A DNA stretch of 64,000 bases. Origin: Thalia democratica. Its lineage: Eukaryota. Position 1 is the first letter of the stretch; the number at the start of each line of letters is the position of its first letter. Below, piece by piece: positions 40,747 to 53,365 of the stretch. The notes below the pieces were generated by a model. The model worked only from the letters and a program-made list of their open reading frames with translations, did not search any database and was not told the origin of the DNA. The position numbers and the translations under genes are program-made. The stretch spans positions 25,668,001 to 25,732,000 of the forward strand of contig OZ241828.1 of assembly GCA_965202585.1 (NCBI GenBank). Direction: 5' to 3'.

Positions 40747-40901
40747 CTCGGTTTGACCGGACTTTCAGGCTTGCCGGGACTCTCTTCTTCGTCAGGTCGA
40801 TTGTGACGTCTGACGACAATGACGATTTCTCCTTCAATGTGACGCAGGAAGGTGGCCGCTTCCTCGTGCGTCAGCGATGACGTCATGTCTACTCCGTTGA
40901 T
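40747..40901 (-). CDS. scrib: scribble exon N: PDZ2 C-terminal half (INGVDMTSSLTHEEAATFLRHIEGEIVIVVRR...)
   Basis: ctacAG / GTtggt, phase 0->2. Confidence 0.9.
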
Positions 40902-41254
40902 CTGTAGAAGTTGTGATTAAAATATATATAGTATAATATAAGTTGTTTAAATGCATCCCTTAGATGACAGTTTTTAAATAAAAACCAAAGTCAGTTTTGT
41001 ATATATTGAAGTGTTTTTCTTACGCTGTGTATTTGAATAACTAAATATATTTATGTCTTCTTTTTTGACTGATTAGTTAATTTATGCTTTCTCCTAAATT
41101 TTTACGACAACTTTTCTGATAAAAGTCTTCTATGACTTCTTTTATGTGAGAACAAATTGAGAAGCTTGAACTCACATTAAAAAATCTCAAGCAGATTTAA
41201 CAAACGAAGCTGTAAAAATTTCAAGTTGATCTAAAAGTTAAAAATTAAACGAAC

Positions 41255-41428
41255 CGACAAAAGCTCATCCTTCACCCTCAGCCCGCTCACTTCGGCCATC
41301 CCTCCTTCCACGACCCTGCTGACGAAAATGGCCTCGCAGTTGTTCGGATTGAGGGGGTTTCCCTTTCCGCCCGCCACGCTGAGACCCAGGTCCTCGTCAT
41401 CGCGCTTCGTCATGTTGCACGTGAGGAT
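41255..41428 (-). CDS. scrib: scribble exon M: PDZ2 N-terminal half (ILTCNMTKRDDEDLGLSVAGGKG...KDELLS)
   Basis: ctctcAG / GTtcgt, phase 0->0, 58 codons. Confidence 0.95.
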
Positions 41429-43656
41429 CTGAGAGGATGTTGAATCAGTTGAATTAATGATTAGATTGTAACTAATTTTGTTGATGTACGTATTTTATTT
41501 TAAACAGCGTGATTTTTTTCGTGTTTTTTTTTCGCCTCTTTTTCATGTGTGTTTTAGAATAAGTTTCCCAGGTCAGTGTGGGACGACAAACTTGCAGTAA
41601 TAATAATTATTAAATAAATTGTTCTCAGAACGCAAATCGCTAGTTTTTGGTGTCAGTTTCTTTTTTTTACTTATGACTTTTTTCAGTGCACAACGTAAGA
41701 TTTTGTCTTTTTTTTTACTTTTTGGTCCATGATTTTTATTTCGAATAAATACAAGTATTACAATTATTAACTTATTTTTTTACTTGACTTTTTAGTACAG
41801 TTCTATTTGCAGATGTTCAATTTTTTTTCCTATCTGAAATTACCAAAATTAAGAATTTATTAATTACAATAAAATATATTATAGTAGACAATTTTTTTAG
41901 TTTTTGTAGTGTTCTAGTTAGTCAGAGTAGTTAAAGTATTTTATTGAAAAAGCTTTCAGTGCTTTACGTTAAGCTTTAGTTTTTATATTTTAATATTAAT
42001 TTTCTTATGAAAGCAGTGTTTTTTCAGCTCATCCAGTTAATAAAATTTTTCTTAATCTTAAATAATAAATAAAAACTTTAAAAACTGAAAATATATATAT
42101 ATGTAGGTATAAAATTATTTAATTTTCTAATTTAAATTTTTTACACCAAACCAAAGCTTAATTCGTGTTACAAACAAATAAAAAACCTTGTAAAGTTAAT
42201 AATTCAAGTTTCAAGGTAGTGCAAAAAATACATATTTTAAGTTTAATAAAGATAAAATGAAAGTAGAATTTACAAACGATAAATAAAAACTGAAATTTCG
42301 ACAAAAGTTTTCAAAGTAAAATGAGTTTTTCAAAACCCAAGTTTTGCTTAAAGATAACAAAAAAAAATATTCAAAATTAAAAAAGGTCTGTTTATTTACC
42401 AACAAAACTAATTTATTTTTTGAATATTTTAGAAAGTTCGTTTGAATACAAGTTTGAAAAATACTATTAAAATCTTAGTTTACATAGAATCTACAAAAAT
42501 AATTATTTACGGTAGAACTCCAGTTTAACTTAAAGATTAAAAAATATTTAATTAAAAAACTTTTTTTTTTCTTTATTATTTAACACACCACATTTTTTTA
42601 ATTTTTGTTTTTGAAGAAAAACTTTTGTTAAAAAGAGTTCTTATCAAACTTTATTAGTTATTTATTTTTTTTTTTAATTTGTAAAAATAATTTAAATAAA
42701 AAAACGGTGTGTATTTATCCAGATTCAGAAAGCTTGAAATTTTAATTAGATTAATACTTATATTGTATTTTAAAAGAGACTAAAATAAAACCACCGTAAA
42801 CCAGACCAGTAAACAAAAGAATGAAGAAAAGTTTATACATTCTAAAAACAGTTACACCAATGTTAATTAAGTTACGAAAAAATCGAAACACTAATTCAAT
42901 TTCAATATGTTTGTATTTCTACTTTTTTGCGAAATACAGCTTGAAACTTCTAATGGCCAAATGAAAGCTCGACAGCATCTTTATGCGGAAAAAGCTTTAA
43001 GACTTTCTTGATGATTTTTTTTATTTTAACTATTTTTCTAATAATTTACCAGCTTAACTATACTTGCTTTATTTTGTATAACTTTTTATTTAAAAGTTAT
43101 TTTTACTAAACATTAAATAACAATATTTTTTTAAAGTTTATTTAAAATAATTTTAAATACTGACTATACATATTTTTCTGGTACACTTTTTTCAGTAGTC
43201 TAAGAAACTGCGATAATTTTAGCTATAACTTTTTCTAATGAACTACAAAGTAAGTTGGTTGATATTATAAATTTTACCTTTGGTTAAGTCATATTTTTTA
43301 GTTTATTTCTATCAATTTATGTATATTTTATTGGTAAAAAAGGCTTTAGTTTTTCTTGCTCTTGAAAACACTTTTAAACTATCTACTAGATTTTTTCTCC
43401 TAGTATACAAGTTTATAAATACTTATACAATTAATATTAATATTAAGGTTAGAATTTCTTTTTTTATTTAACTTAGCAGATCTAGTTGGTTGAGTTACAG
43501 TAAATTCATATAGTTATTACATATAACATTATTTTTTTTTAATGTTAGTTTATTGTTTTAGTTTTGAATGATTAAACTTTAAACAAGGGACGGTTTTCTC
43601 TGACTTTAAATAAGAAGTTTTACACAGTTCTTACTGTTAGACTTAATTGCATCATC

Positions 43657-44207
43657 AACCAACTCTAGTGGTGGGCTCAAGTAATGAGAACACGTATTTT
43701 TATTTATTGCCTACTTACTTTCATTTGTCTATAAGTTAATAAGTGTTGTTTTCATTATTTTGATGTTTAGTTTTACATGTTTGTCACTAACACCTTTTAA
43801 TTCAAAAACGCTATTGTACAAAATTTGCAAACCTTATTTCCGGTATCACTTCACTATTAATTCACTATTAATTACTTACTTTTACTCGGTAAACTACTAC
43901 TCTTTACTGTTATTTTCAATTACGTCACCAACCTTTCCTCTAGTGCAGGGTTACCTAAAAACTTTTTAAATGGCCCCCTTTAAAAAAATTAAAGCTGTGG
44001 CCCCCTTCAAAAGGATTGCTCAAAAAACTACTATCAAAAACACCCAGGACCTTTTTTGCTTTTCATCAAAAACTCAAGAATACATAGTGTAAGTTTCAAA
44101 TTATGACCTCATGGCCCTCCTGTGGCTCCTTTACTGCCCATTGGCCCACTTTGGGAAGCCCTGCTCTAGTGTCACTGCTAGGTTCAGGTGATGAATACAC
44201 GTTTTTT
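43657..44207 (-). pseudogene. two echoes of exon L 3' end (one split by a MITE)
   Basis: tacgtcaccaacctttcctctagtg + tcactgctaggttcaggtgatgaatacacg; older copy at 43657-43700. Confidence 0.85.
43946..44163. mobile_element. hAT-type MITE (218 bp) inserted in an echo copy of exon L
   Basis: CAGGG...CCCTG termini; perfect 8-bp TSD ctctagtg (43938-43945, 44164-44171), close to the NTCTAGAN target preference of hAT-Charlie elements. Confidence 0.9.
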
Positions 44208-44332
44208 GTATTTAATACTCTTATATACTTAATTTAACATGTTTAACTAATATACTACAGTTATATTTCACAAGGCTGTTTACAAGACTTTCAATACTGT
44301 TAATTACTAAAACAACTTGTTACGTCACCCAC

Positions 44333-44494
44333 CTTCCCTCTAGTGTCGCTGCTGGGTTCGGGTGACGAGAACACGTCTTTCTGCTTGGCTTCGCTCGCGT
44401 GTTCTGCTTGGCTGACCTCGTTCGTCACTGATGACGCCACCGATGACGTCACCGACTCCCCCACCGAGTTCTCCATACCTTCTTCGTTGGTTTG
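44333..44494 (-). CDS. scrib: scribble exon L: PDZ1-PDZ2 linker (QTNEEGMENSVGESVTSS...SSDTRGK)
   Basis: taacAG / GTgggt, phase 0->0, GC-rich open frame; donor could also lie 9 nt further in frame. Confidence 0.85.
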
Positions 44495-45760
44495 CTGTTA
44501 AAATGTATATTCGACCATTGACTTAAAAACAAATTTGACAGAGTGATCTATCCAAGAGGGATAATAAAAATTAAAGTTTTATTATTTTAAGAAACACAAT
44601 GTTTCACTGAACAGCGGATTTTCCTTTTTTTTTTTCGTTGGTTTTCTATTATTTGTATATTGAAATTTTTTTGTTAGTTTAATGAAAAGTTTACAGTTTC
44701 GACTTCGATACTTGTTTGCTGTAAATTTTTAACTAGAATAATTAAAAAAAAACAAGTATATTGGTTTACTTGTTAAGTTTACACATTAAGCAACTTTTAG
44801 AGCAACTTTAAAAAGTAACAGCCCACAGAGTCTTTATTAATTTGCTGCATGTTGTTTACAACTTAATACTTGTCTAGAAAATAAATAAAATTTTCAATGT
44901 TTTTGAATTTGACACTAGTTTTGTTCATGTAAACCACGTATACACGTTGATGCTGGCAAGTTTTTTGAAAATTAGTGCAAATTTAAACAACCTTACTTGT
45001 TCTAAATTGATTGTATAATAATTTCAAAACTTTTGTGTTTGTTATTTTTAAGTTTAATTACGTTGAAACTTTAGTAAACTATTTTGTTTTGAGTTTTGAG
45101 ATAATTGCTTTATGTTACTTGGTTTTTAATCGACCAATGACATTAACATAATACAAAAATATTCAAAAAAAAAAAAATTTACTTATTTGCTTCAGTTAAC
45201 TTTAAAAAATATATATATTTGCTAAAAACAATTAGCTTTAATATACGTTTGTTCCAAGTTTGTTTACTTTGAATGTTAATTATGTAATTATAAACCTTGA
45301 AACAGTTTTTAATTTTTTATATACCAAAAAGTTAAACAAAATTACAGAAACCAATCTAGCTTCAAAAACACTTTGAACTTTACAGAGTGTAAACAAAAGT
45401 ACAAGTATAAAAGTACAAGTGCTCTTATCTCTGCTCGTTTGAGATTGTTCCCAACATTGCACACTTATCTGCTGCAAACAATTGGAGCTTACAACCTATA
45501 TCAATGTTCGAAAAAGATGCAAGATATTTTTTTGAAAAAAATCTAAGCACTATGAGCCCTAACCCGGTCTGAGCTATGACGTCAGATGACGACAGAAACT
45601 TCTAATCTTATAGTTTTAATGCCTTGATATTATTTGTTTAATTATAATTATACAACAAGTAGTTATTATATTTGAACCATCACATCTTGTTGATTGATCA
45701 GTTATTTTTTAAATACTTAGTTTATTATATTTACTTTATTGATTTCATTTCTACAAAAAA

Positions 45761-45950
45761 TTACCTATTCTTCAACACCCCTCCTACTCAACCTTTTAAT
45801 CAACAATTTGATTATTATGTTAATATCATTGCTATAACTATATATTTTACACTTTTATAATTTATTATACTATTATTTTTATCATAAATACGTCACCTAT
45901 TCTTCAATAACCCTCCTACTCAACATTTTAATCGTCAATTTGGCCACAGT
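45761..45950 (-). pseudogene. two echoes of exon K 3' end
   Basis: cacctattcttcaa..ccctcctactcaac copies at about 45761 and 45891, period about 130 bp. Confidence 0.8.
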
Positions 45951-46025
45951 GTTATAAATATAAATTTTACACTGTTATGTTTTATTATACTCATACTATT
46001 ATTTATACTTTTATTATTACGTCAC

Positions 46026-46145
46026 CTCTCCTTCGATTTCCCTCCTACTCCACCTCTCGACCATCAGCTTCACCACGTCACCGCTCCTCTTCAGAACTTC
46101 CACCGCGAACGAGTGCATCGCTCCTTCCATGATGACGTCATCGAC
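46026..46145 (-). CDS. scrib: scribble exon K: PDZ1 C-terminal half (VDDVIMEGAMHSFAVEVLKRSGDVVKLMVERWSRREIEGE)
   Basis: caacAG / GTgacg, phase 0->0, HxxAV helix. Confidence 0.92.
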
Positions 46146-49100
46146 CTGTTGTGACGTCATGGTAAACTTATGATATTTAAATGATTTGAAAAATTATTTT
46201 TATTACTAGTTAACAGTTTTTAAATGCTGTGATGTCATAAGTAGTTTTGTAACTAAATATAACATAAACTCATTCCACGCCTACGGTCTACTTCGTTAAC
46301 ATTTAAGCTGTCACCATATACTTGGGTAATTTGTACGCTATGACGTCATAAACATGTTAACGTTAATTTTTTATGAGTCCCGCTTATAACATCCGCTTTT
46401 TAGCATCTTTTTTGTCATGTGCCACTGATTTTTAGGCTTTTGTAACTAAATAACTGTAAGCTTTTCAACGCGCAAAAAAAAATACAATCAAGCATAAACG
46501 ATCGGAAAACATTAACACCAAAACAACCACAAAATAAAGTTTTATTTTTGTGTATGTTTTTGTGGTCGTACGAAGTAGTAGTAATGTTTACGGTACACTG
46601 GTCTGTAAAAATACAGCTGCTGTTGTATGGACAATGTTTTAAAATTTGGTTTTCTGTTGGCATTAAAATCTTTTTGTACTGTTTAAAGTGTTTTCGTGTT
46701 TGCAAACGTGTTAATATTAAGGCTTGTATTGTATCTGTATTTACTTTTTAAAACTTAAGTATTTTAACTTATGTTTAAATATGTAAGTTTACGGTATTCG
46801 ACATAAATATACAGTATAATAAAATATATTGTATGGACAAAGCTATAAAAGTTAGTCGTAAACATTTGTAAAACTTAAGGTATTTTCGTGTTTCTAAACT
46901 TATTAATAATTGGTAAATATTATGTTTTAGTTAACATTAAACTATTCATAGGTAAAACTGAGTTGTTGTTGTTATAATTCAAAAATTTAAACTTACGGTT
47001 TCGAAGTGTTTTAAAAACTGTTTTAAGTCATAAGACAAAAAGCAAAAGAACAAGATATACACGATTCAAAGTTTAGCATTACGTTTTATAAACTAACATT
47101 TGCTTGTAAAACTATGCAGTTTTAATGTTATTACAAAAAGATATAAGATAAAGTTAAAGCTTAGCTTTTGGTAGTTTTGTGTAAAAATGTAAAAAAATTT
47201 ATTAGTAAGAGTTTTATGTTAGAAACACACTAAATTACTTTTAAAAAGTCAATCTTAAAAATATTTCAGTCTTTATAATCAGATAACTTTCTGTTTATTT
47301 AATGAGCTGTTTTTTTTTCTCAGTAAAGAAAGTATTTGCTATTTGTCGATTGTTTCAGTTCAGTTTATAGCATTAAACTTGAGTTAACATGGCGTTAATA
47401 TACATACAAGTTTTTACTAATCAGGTGATTAAATTTATAAATTAATTTAAAAATTGTAACTAGTATATGTTTGGTTAGCATCTTTGTACTTTTTTATCAA
47501 ATTGTATCAGAATACTTGAGTTTCGTAAAATATTAACATATAACAGATATATATAAGCTATAAAAAGTAATACAAGCAAATAATAACTCGATTTATTTAA
47601 TGACCTGAGGTTCAAATAACTAACTTTAAAATAAGATAAGTTTTTTGTAGTCATACTTAAAAACACTTACTCCAATTTGAAAAATCTTTAAAATATTTTT
47701 CTAATTTCGTTTAGCTTAATTTTATTTATCTTGATTTTAAAGGTTTACTTATTGTTATAAATAACGCGTTTTTTGCAAACAAATGACTTTGATTTCTTGT
47801 TTAATTACGCTTGTCTTAGTATAAACAATATCTTTATTTTTAACTTTTAAATAAAAGCTTCAAATAAGCATGTAAGTAAGGTACTGCTCTTCTTTTGATA
47901 GAATCTTTAGTACCTTTAACTTGTCTTTTTATTCTGATTTTTCGTTATTGCAACATCTTAGATAGAAAAGATATTTCACTTTTATTCAAGTAAATTTACT
48001 ATCACTTTGGGCATTTTCATAATAAAAAAGCTTAAACTAACCCAACGTACTAAACTTCTTTTTTTAATAAATTTCATATGGTTTTTATTTGTTTTTTGTT
48101 TAGTAATATTTATAATTGCTTTCCTGGAAAGAAAACTAAAAGCATTTAGAACAACTTGCAAAAACAATGCTGTTTTTGTTTGTTTTTATTTTTGTTCAAA
48201 TAAATTTTTACATTTAGTCCGTAAAGTGAAAGCTGCAAACATTTAGAAATACATAGAACAGTTAGAAACATGTAACCAGTGTACTTTTAATTTAAATATT
48301 TATTTTTACTACTTCATTGGTAGTAAAATACAAACAATCGGATCCGCGTGAGATGTTGCGACTTTAAAATGTATTTAAATTATATATTCTACTCAGGTCC
48401 TAGACCGACCCAAAATCGTTCTTTTATAATGTTTAATTGTTATTTGAACAAGAAAGTTGATATATATATATATATATATTAGCGCTTTTTATTATATACT
48501 GATTCAGCTGAAGTTAAAGACAAACTTTTTTTTGTCTTTATGAAACGTATGTTCTGGAATTTTTAAAATCGTTTTTTCCTAATAAACTATTTAAAAGCCC
48601 TTCAAGTCGGCTCTTTAGAAAGTGATCAAGTTTAAATAATCACCTTGTGTTCTACATACACATATAAAATATAAACACTTCCTTGACAGGAAGTTAAAAA
48701 TACAGATCAGTATGTATGCGAGTTGGATGTTGCTGGAACAACTAAAAAGCAGAACTACTGTATTTATCTTAGTCACGTCTGAAAACATTTCTAATTGTTT
48801 GTATTACGTCACAGTGGATTGCAGAGTAAAAAACGCCAAAAGCAAAATTACGACTTCGGGCGCCTTAATTTTTTAGTCAACAAACTTTTTTGTAGTTGTA
48901 CCAACAAAAAAAATTAAACTAACTTAAACTGCTTTTAGTTTTTAATATTTGGAAGTGTATCAATATTTTAAATTATTAAAATAGTGTTTTATTTGTTATC
49001 AACTTTTAAATTTGACTACGCGTAACTAATTAAGCCAGTTGAGTTTACTATCAGCCAAATTTTAATGTTTTAAAGTTGTTGATTATATTTTTTTACAGTT

Positions 49101-49390
49101 TTAAATACTTAAAACCTTGTTAATAATTAAATTAACAGTTTAAACTAGCAAGCTAGTCTAACACGTCATAAAATCAGTCTAATTTTATCTTTTAGTACAA
49201 ACCCATCATTATAATCTTTAGTTATCGAACGCTTTATTTAGAAATATAGATATATTTTTCAATGCTCGAATCAATTACCAAGGCATCAATCGTTTTATTT
49301 AAGCCGTCATCAACAAAGTTGAGATGTTTCGCGCGATCAATAACAAATAATGAGCTTTACCACGAGACCATAAAAACAGCATTTGATACA

Positions 49391-49434
49391 ACCTACGACC
49401 GGTTTCGTCCTTAAAGTGGACGCTTCAGCACATA
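49391..49434 (-). ncRNA. second, inverted degenerate hammerhead motif
   Basis: CTGAAGc-GTCC(actttaa)GGAC-GAAACCGGTC-gtaggt; A9 replaced by C and stem I 5' strand not complementary. Confidence 0.55.
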
Positions 49435-49484
49435 TGTACTTATGCTGGCTTGATTAGATCTCAACAGCGGTTTCTCGCGACTAT

Positions 49485-49527
49485 GCCTGCCTGATGAGTC
49501 ATAATAAGGACGAATCCGGTCGCAGGT
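49485..49527 (+). ncRNA. minimal type I hammerhead ribozyme motif (one core mismatch)
   Basis: gcctgc-CTGATGA-gtc(ataataag)gac-GAAt-ccg-GTC-gcaggt: stem I 6 bp, stem II 3 bp, near-palindromic stem III loop; A15.1 replaced by T. Confidence 0.7.
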
Positions 49528-50220
49528 TGCCTCGGATGCTGTTGTTGTTGGTCGTGTTGTGAAGTTTTTAATTACAATTGTTTTTATCCAAACAAAAATT
49601 GTTAGGTGTAAACACTTCCTTGGCAGGAAGTTAAAAATACAGATCAGTATGTATGCGAATTGGATGTTGCTGGAACAACTAAAGTGCAGAAGAAAACTAC
49701 TGTATTTATCTTTGTCACGTCTGTAAATTATTATAATCTTTTTTGGATTACGTCACAATAGAGCTTAGAAGCGCGCGAAACCAAAGCTTTTTTTGAGGTA
49801 CAAAATGTGTTTTAGTAATTTTAAACAGCAGCTTTCTACGTCTTGAGGTTTTTAAATTCTTTTAGTTAAATAGTTTATATTAGAGCTCGCTACGAAATCG
49901 CATGCTTGGGGAAAACTGTTCGCAGTTATCCTGCAATTACTTAAGGGTTATTTAGTTATATGTGTTATCAATTTTAAAACATGGCAATAATTTCAAACAA
50001 ATCGTTACAATTAGCTTTATGTTAACAACATACTTAATAAAACTTAGGCGATATGTGAAGGAAAAACCTCAATAACTTTAAAATAACAATTTATCTTGTA
50101 AAAGTCGTCAATGTATGCTATAATTGAAAAATTAAACTTTTAAGTATTAACGAATCAATTGCAAGCAATTTTAAAAGTACAATGATACCCAACGCCTAAA
50201 CTCACAGTTTTACAAATTTC

Positions 50221-50770
50221 AAACCAACCGCAAGCATCATGTCAAATTCTAACCGACTTGTGTGAGTTTGTACTCGACTACTGTTTACGTTTGATTTCGA
50301 ATATTTTTAAAATCTCACTTACAACTGTATTGTATTGTATTTACTGTAAACATTTAAGCTTAGGTACTATAAATTTTCTTATTTTTAAACTAACCAATCT
50401 CGAGCAACTTGTTCCAACCTTACTCGTATTAAATAACAATAATCGACTGTTTCAACTTTGGTGACATAAATTATCAAAGTTTTGTATGCAAAGTGTCAAC
50501 AAACCAACGTTTAACTTATAGTACATTTCAATTCTTTAAACATACAGTTTTTTTTTTAAAACTAACCGTTAATAATTTGTCCCCCAATCTCAAACAATTA
50601 AAAACTTTACTATACAGTTTCAACTGTGGTGACATAAATTATCAAAGTTTCGTATACAAAAATCTCAAACAAACCGCAAGTAGCTTATCAATATTTAAAC
50701 ATATACTTCTTTAGACATTTCAACTAACTTTACTGAACGGAAACAATTAAAAACTTTAAACAGAACTAAC
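50221..50770 (-). repeat. tandem units of about 170 bp with echoes of the exon J donor (50221-50243, 50671-50690)
   Basis: Repeated tcaactKtggtgacataaattatcaaagttt, aaacaattaaaaacttta and accgcaag blocks. Confidence 0.8.
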
Positions 50771-50941
50771 CGCAAGTAGCTTGTCCCCGACCCTCAACCC
50801 GACTTGGGCGGCGGCACCGTCCTTGGTGACCCTGGATATGAATATTGAGGGGTCGTCCGTGACGAACGGTTTGGACCCGGACCCTCCCGCGATCGAGAGT
50901 CCCATGCCCACTCCTTGCTCCTTCTCCAGTACGACCTCTAG
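50771..50941 (-). CDS. scrib: scribble exon J: PDZ1 N-terminal half (LEVVLEKEQGVGMGLSIAGG...GDKLLA)
   Basis: tcacAG / GTtagt, phase 0->0, 57 codons, PDZ carboxylate loop GMGL. Confidence 0.95.
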
Positions 50942-51031
50942 CTGTGAGATTTTTTTAATTTCAATAAGACGCAATATTTTTTGTTAATAACACTAGTTAT
51001 ATGTATATTTAAATTGTAAATATTTAACTTT

Positions 51032-51084
51032 ATTAAGAGACCCATTCCTACGCTCTTTACTTTATCTAGTACGACCTCTAGCTG
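51032..51084 (-). pseudogene. echo of exon J (PDZ1) 5' end with intact acceptor
   Basis: Translates LEVVLDKVKSVGMGL vs LEVVLEKEQGVGMGL; 140 nt upstream, out of frame. Confidence 0.85.
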
Positions 51085-51753
51085 TTAAGAACATACATTT
51101 TTATTACCAATTTTTTTAATACAGAATACCTAGCCGAAAGGAGATTACGCTTCAGCTAAACTTTTACATAAATCTTTAGTAAGTTTATTGAATTTTGCCG
51201 TTAAAAGTTAAAAACTAGAAAAAATAAATAAATATATATTTGTATATATATACATTATATAAGTTTATATAATCTTTATATTTAGCTATTTTACATTTTT
51301 GTCTTTATAAATTACTTTTAAAGTTCTCGCAAACTGGTTAACTTTATTTTATAATGGACAAAAAATTTGTACTATAAGAGAATAAGTATATCAGTAATTA
51401 ATTCTGATTTTTTTTATTAACTTTTTTTTCATTTAATTTTCTAGTGTGCAGACAAATAAAATGGTATGTAAATATTTGTTTTAATCAAAAAGTAAAAGTA
51501 TTTAAAGTTACATTTGCTTAGATACCACAGTAATTTTTTTTTTCTCTTTATTTGCATTTACCTACTTTTGCTACAATTATGATTGAGTTTTCCTAAGGAT
51601 TTTTTTCTCTCAAAGCTATTTCGTATTTAGCAAAATAAAGTTTTAGCTCTTATCAATACAACAAAAGAAAACAATAATTTGATTACTCTAAGTCGTACAT
51701 TTTTTGTTTTTTATAATGTTTGTTTTGTAAAACATCGCGTAAACTTGTTAAAG

Positions 51754-52099
51754 CAGCGGTTCTTAACCTTTTTTTCATGTCTTACCTCTTTTTGGGTGAT
51801 TAAAATCAAATTTACCCCTTTTTAGAATGTAATTACCCAATTTACCCAAATATACAACTTAATGTTTAATTTGAGGGAAAAAAACTATATTTTTAGAATA
51901 TTAAGCTTATTAAATATAAAAAATCGTAAAATTCAAAGAGTTTGTTTAACTTTAGAAAAATACAGTAAAATACTAACTTACGCACTAAAATGACAATTAG
52001 TAAACATTAGTTTACATAACCTTTAATAAAGAAAATTTACCCCCTTAAACAAGGGAATTTACCCCCAGGGGTTAAGTTATTCCTGATTAAGAATCGCTG
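51754..52099. mobile_element. hAT-type MITE (346 bp)
   Basis: TIRs cagcggttcttaacc / gattaagaatcgctg; perfect 8-bp TSD tgttaaag (51746-51753, 52100-52107); no ORF. Confidence 0.92.
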
Positions 52100-52686
52100 T
52101 GTTAAAGCAACTTAAGCAACTTTACAATTTAAATTATTCTCGTAAACAAATAAAGTACGCGATTAAAATGTTAGAGAATAATTTATATTAAAATTTTATC
52201 TAATCAAACACAAGTTTTGAAAAACTCATATCTAATTGATACTTAAACAATCAAGTAACTACTTTTGTAATTTTTTTTTTCCTTGCGTACAAAGTAATAA
52301 CTGGGTGTTTAAAACAATTTTTCGAGTAAAATTTTAATTAAAACAACTTAAACTGTACAAGTAAAAACTTATTAGTTTAACATAAATGTGACAAGAAAAT
52401 AATAAATTAAAATCTCAGTGCGTAGAGGCTCTTTAAACAAAAATTTTAAAAATATAAATGTTGCAAAATTTTGAATACTTGTGTGATTCTACGTATGTGA
52501 ACTTTAAAACAAATGTAATCCATTGAAGCAATTAATTCAACGATTTATATTCCTATGTATTGGATCAATGTACGCACAAAAACTTAAATTAAATGCAAGT
52601 TAATCGATTAGGGTGTCAAAATGTTACAGTTTTATATCAAAAATCACCGATAACTGCGTCAGGATGTAGAAATATTACGTCACGAC

Positions 52687-52708
52687 AAAAAACTAACTTA
52701 ACCAAAAG
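52687..52708 (-). pseudogene. short echo of the exon I donor
   Basis: aaaaactaactta-accaaaa vs aaaaactaacttgatccaaaa. Confidence 0.5.
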
Positions 52709-52847
52709 TAAGTAAATAAATTAAAAATTTAAATTTTGAAAATTTAGTTTAACTACATTTAAAACACAAAACAGTCAACTAAGGTGGCAAAACTACAATT
52801 TTGTATCAAAAAAGTAAAATAAAATATAAAATACAAAAAAAACTAAC

Positions 52848-52888
52848 TTGATCCAAAAACATCTCGGTAGGCTTGCTTCCTCCGTTTT
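52848..52888 (-). CDS. scrib: scribble exon I (41 nt): (Q)NGGSKPTEMFLDQ
   Basis: tttatcAG / GTtagt, phase 1->0 bridges exon H to PDZ1. Confidence 0.75.
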
Positions 52889-53365
52889 CTGATAAAATAA
52901 AAAAATTATCGCAACAACGTAAAAAATTTTCGAAGTTTGTGAATTTACTCTTATTTGAAAAAACATTACAAGTTAAAGCAAAATTTTGATAAAAATAGTA
53001 AATATAAAAGTTAGTTTATCTAAAAGAAACCAAAAAGCACGTTCTTGTTTTAGCTGCAAAATTATAGCAGCCGAAGTTTAAAGAAAAAGAAAAAATATCG
53101 CAAAAACGTAAAGGATGTTTAAAAAATTTTAAACAGTACTTACTTTTATTATACAATAAACAATACAAATTAAAACAAAATTTTTATAAAAACAGAAAAT
53201 ATTAAAAGTAACTTTATTTAATAAAAAGCAAAAACCACGTTTTTTGCAAAACAGACGCAACCGAGTTCTTTACTTTAGTTTTTTTACCGTTTAAGTTAGA
53301 CTAAAACAAAAACTTGTTCAAAATCTTTTTTTTTAAACTGACTTGTTTAAAAATTCTCATTTTCT

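Larger units (their letters stand above)
49361..49556. mobile_element. inverted-repeat remnant carrying the two hammerheads; probable Penelope-like element/retrozyme pLTR fragment
   Basis: Arms about 49361-49413 and 49505-49556 are imperfect reverse complements; the hammerhead type with palindromic ACCGGT stem III is the one described for Penelope-like elements. Confidence 0.6.
48672..49757 (+). repeat. dispersed direct repeat pair of about 145 bp (48672-48813 and 49609-49757)
   Basis: Near-identical taaacacttccttgRcaggaagttaaaaatacagatcagtatgtatgcga...ttacgtcaca. Confidence 0.9.
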
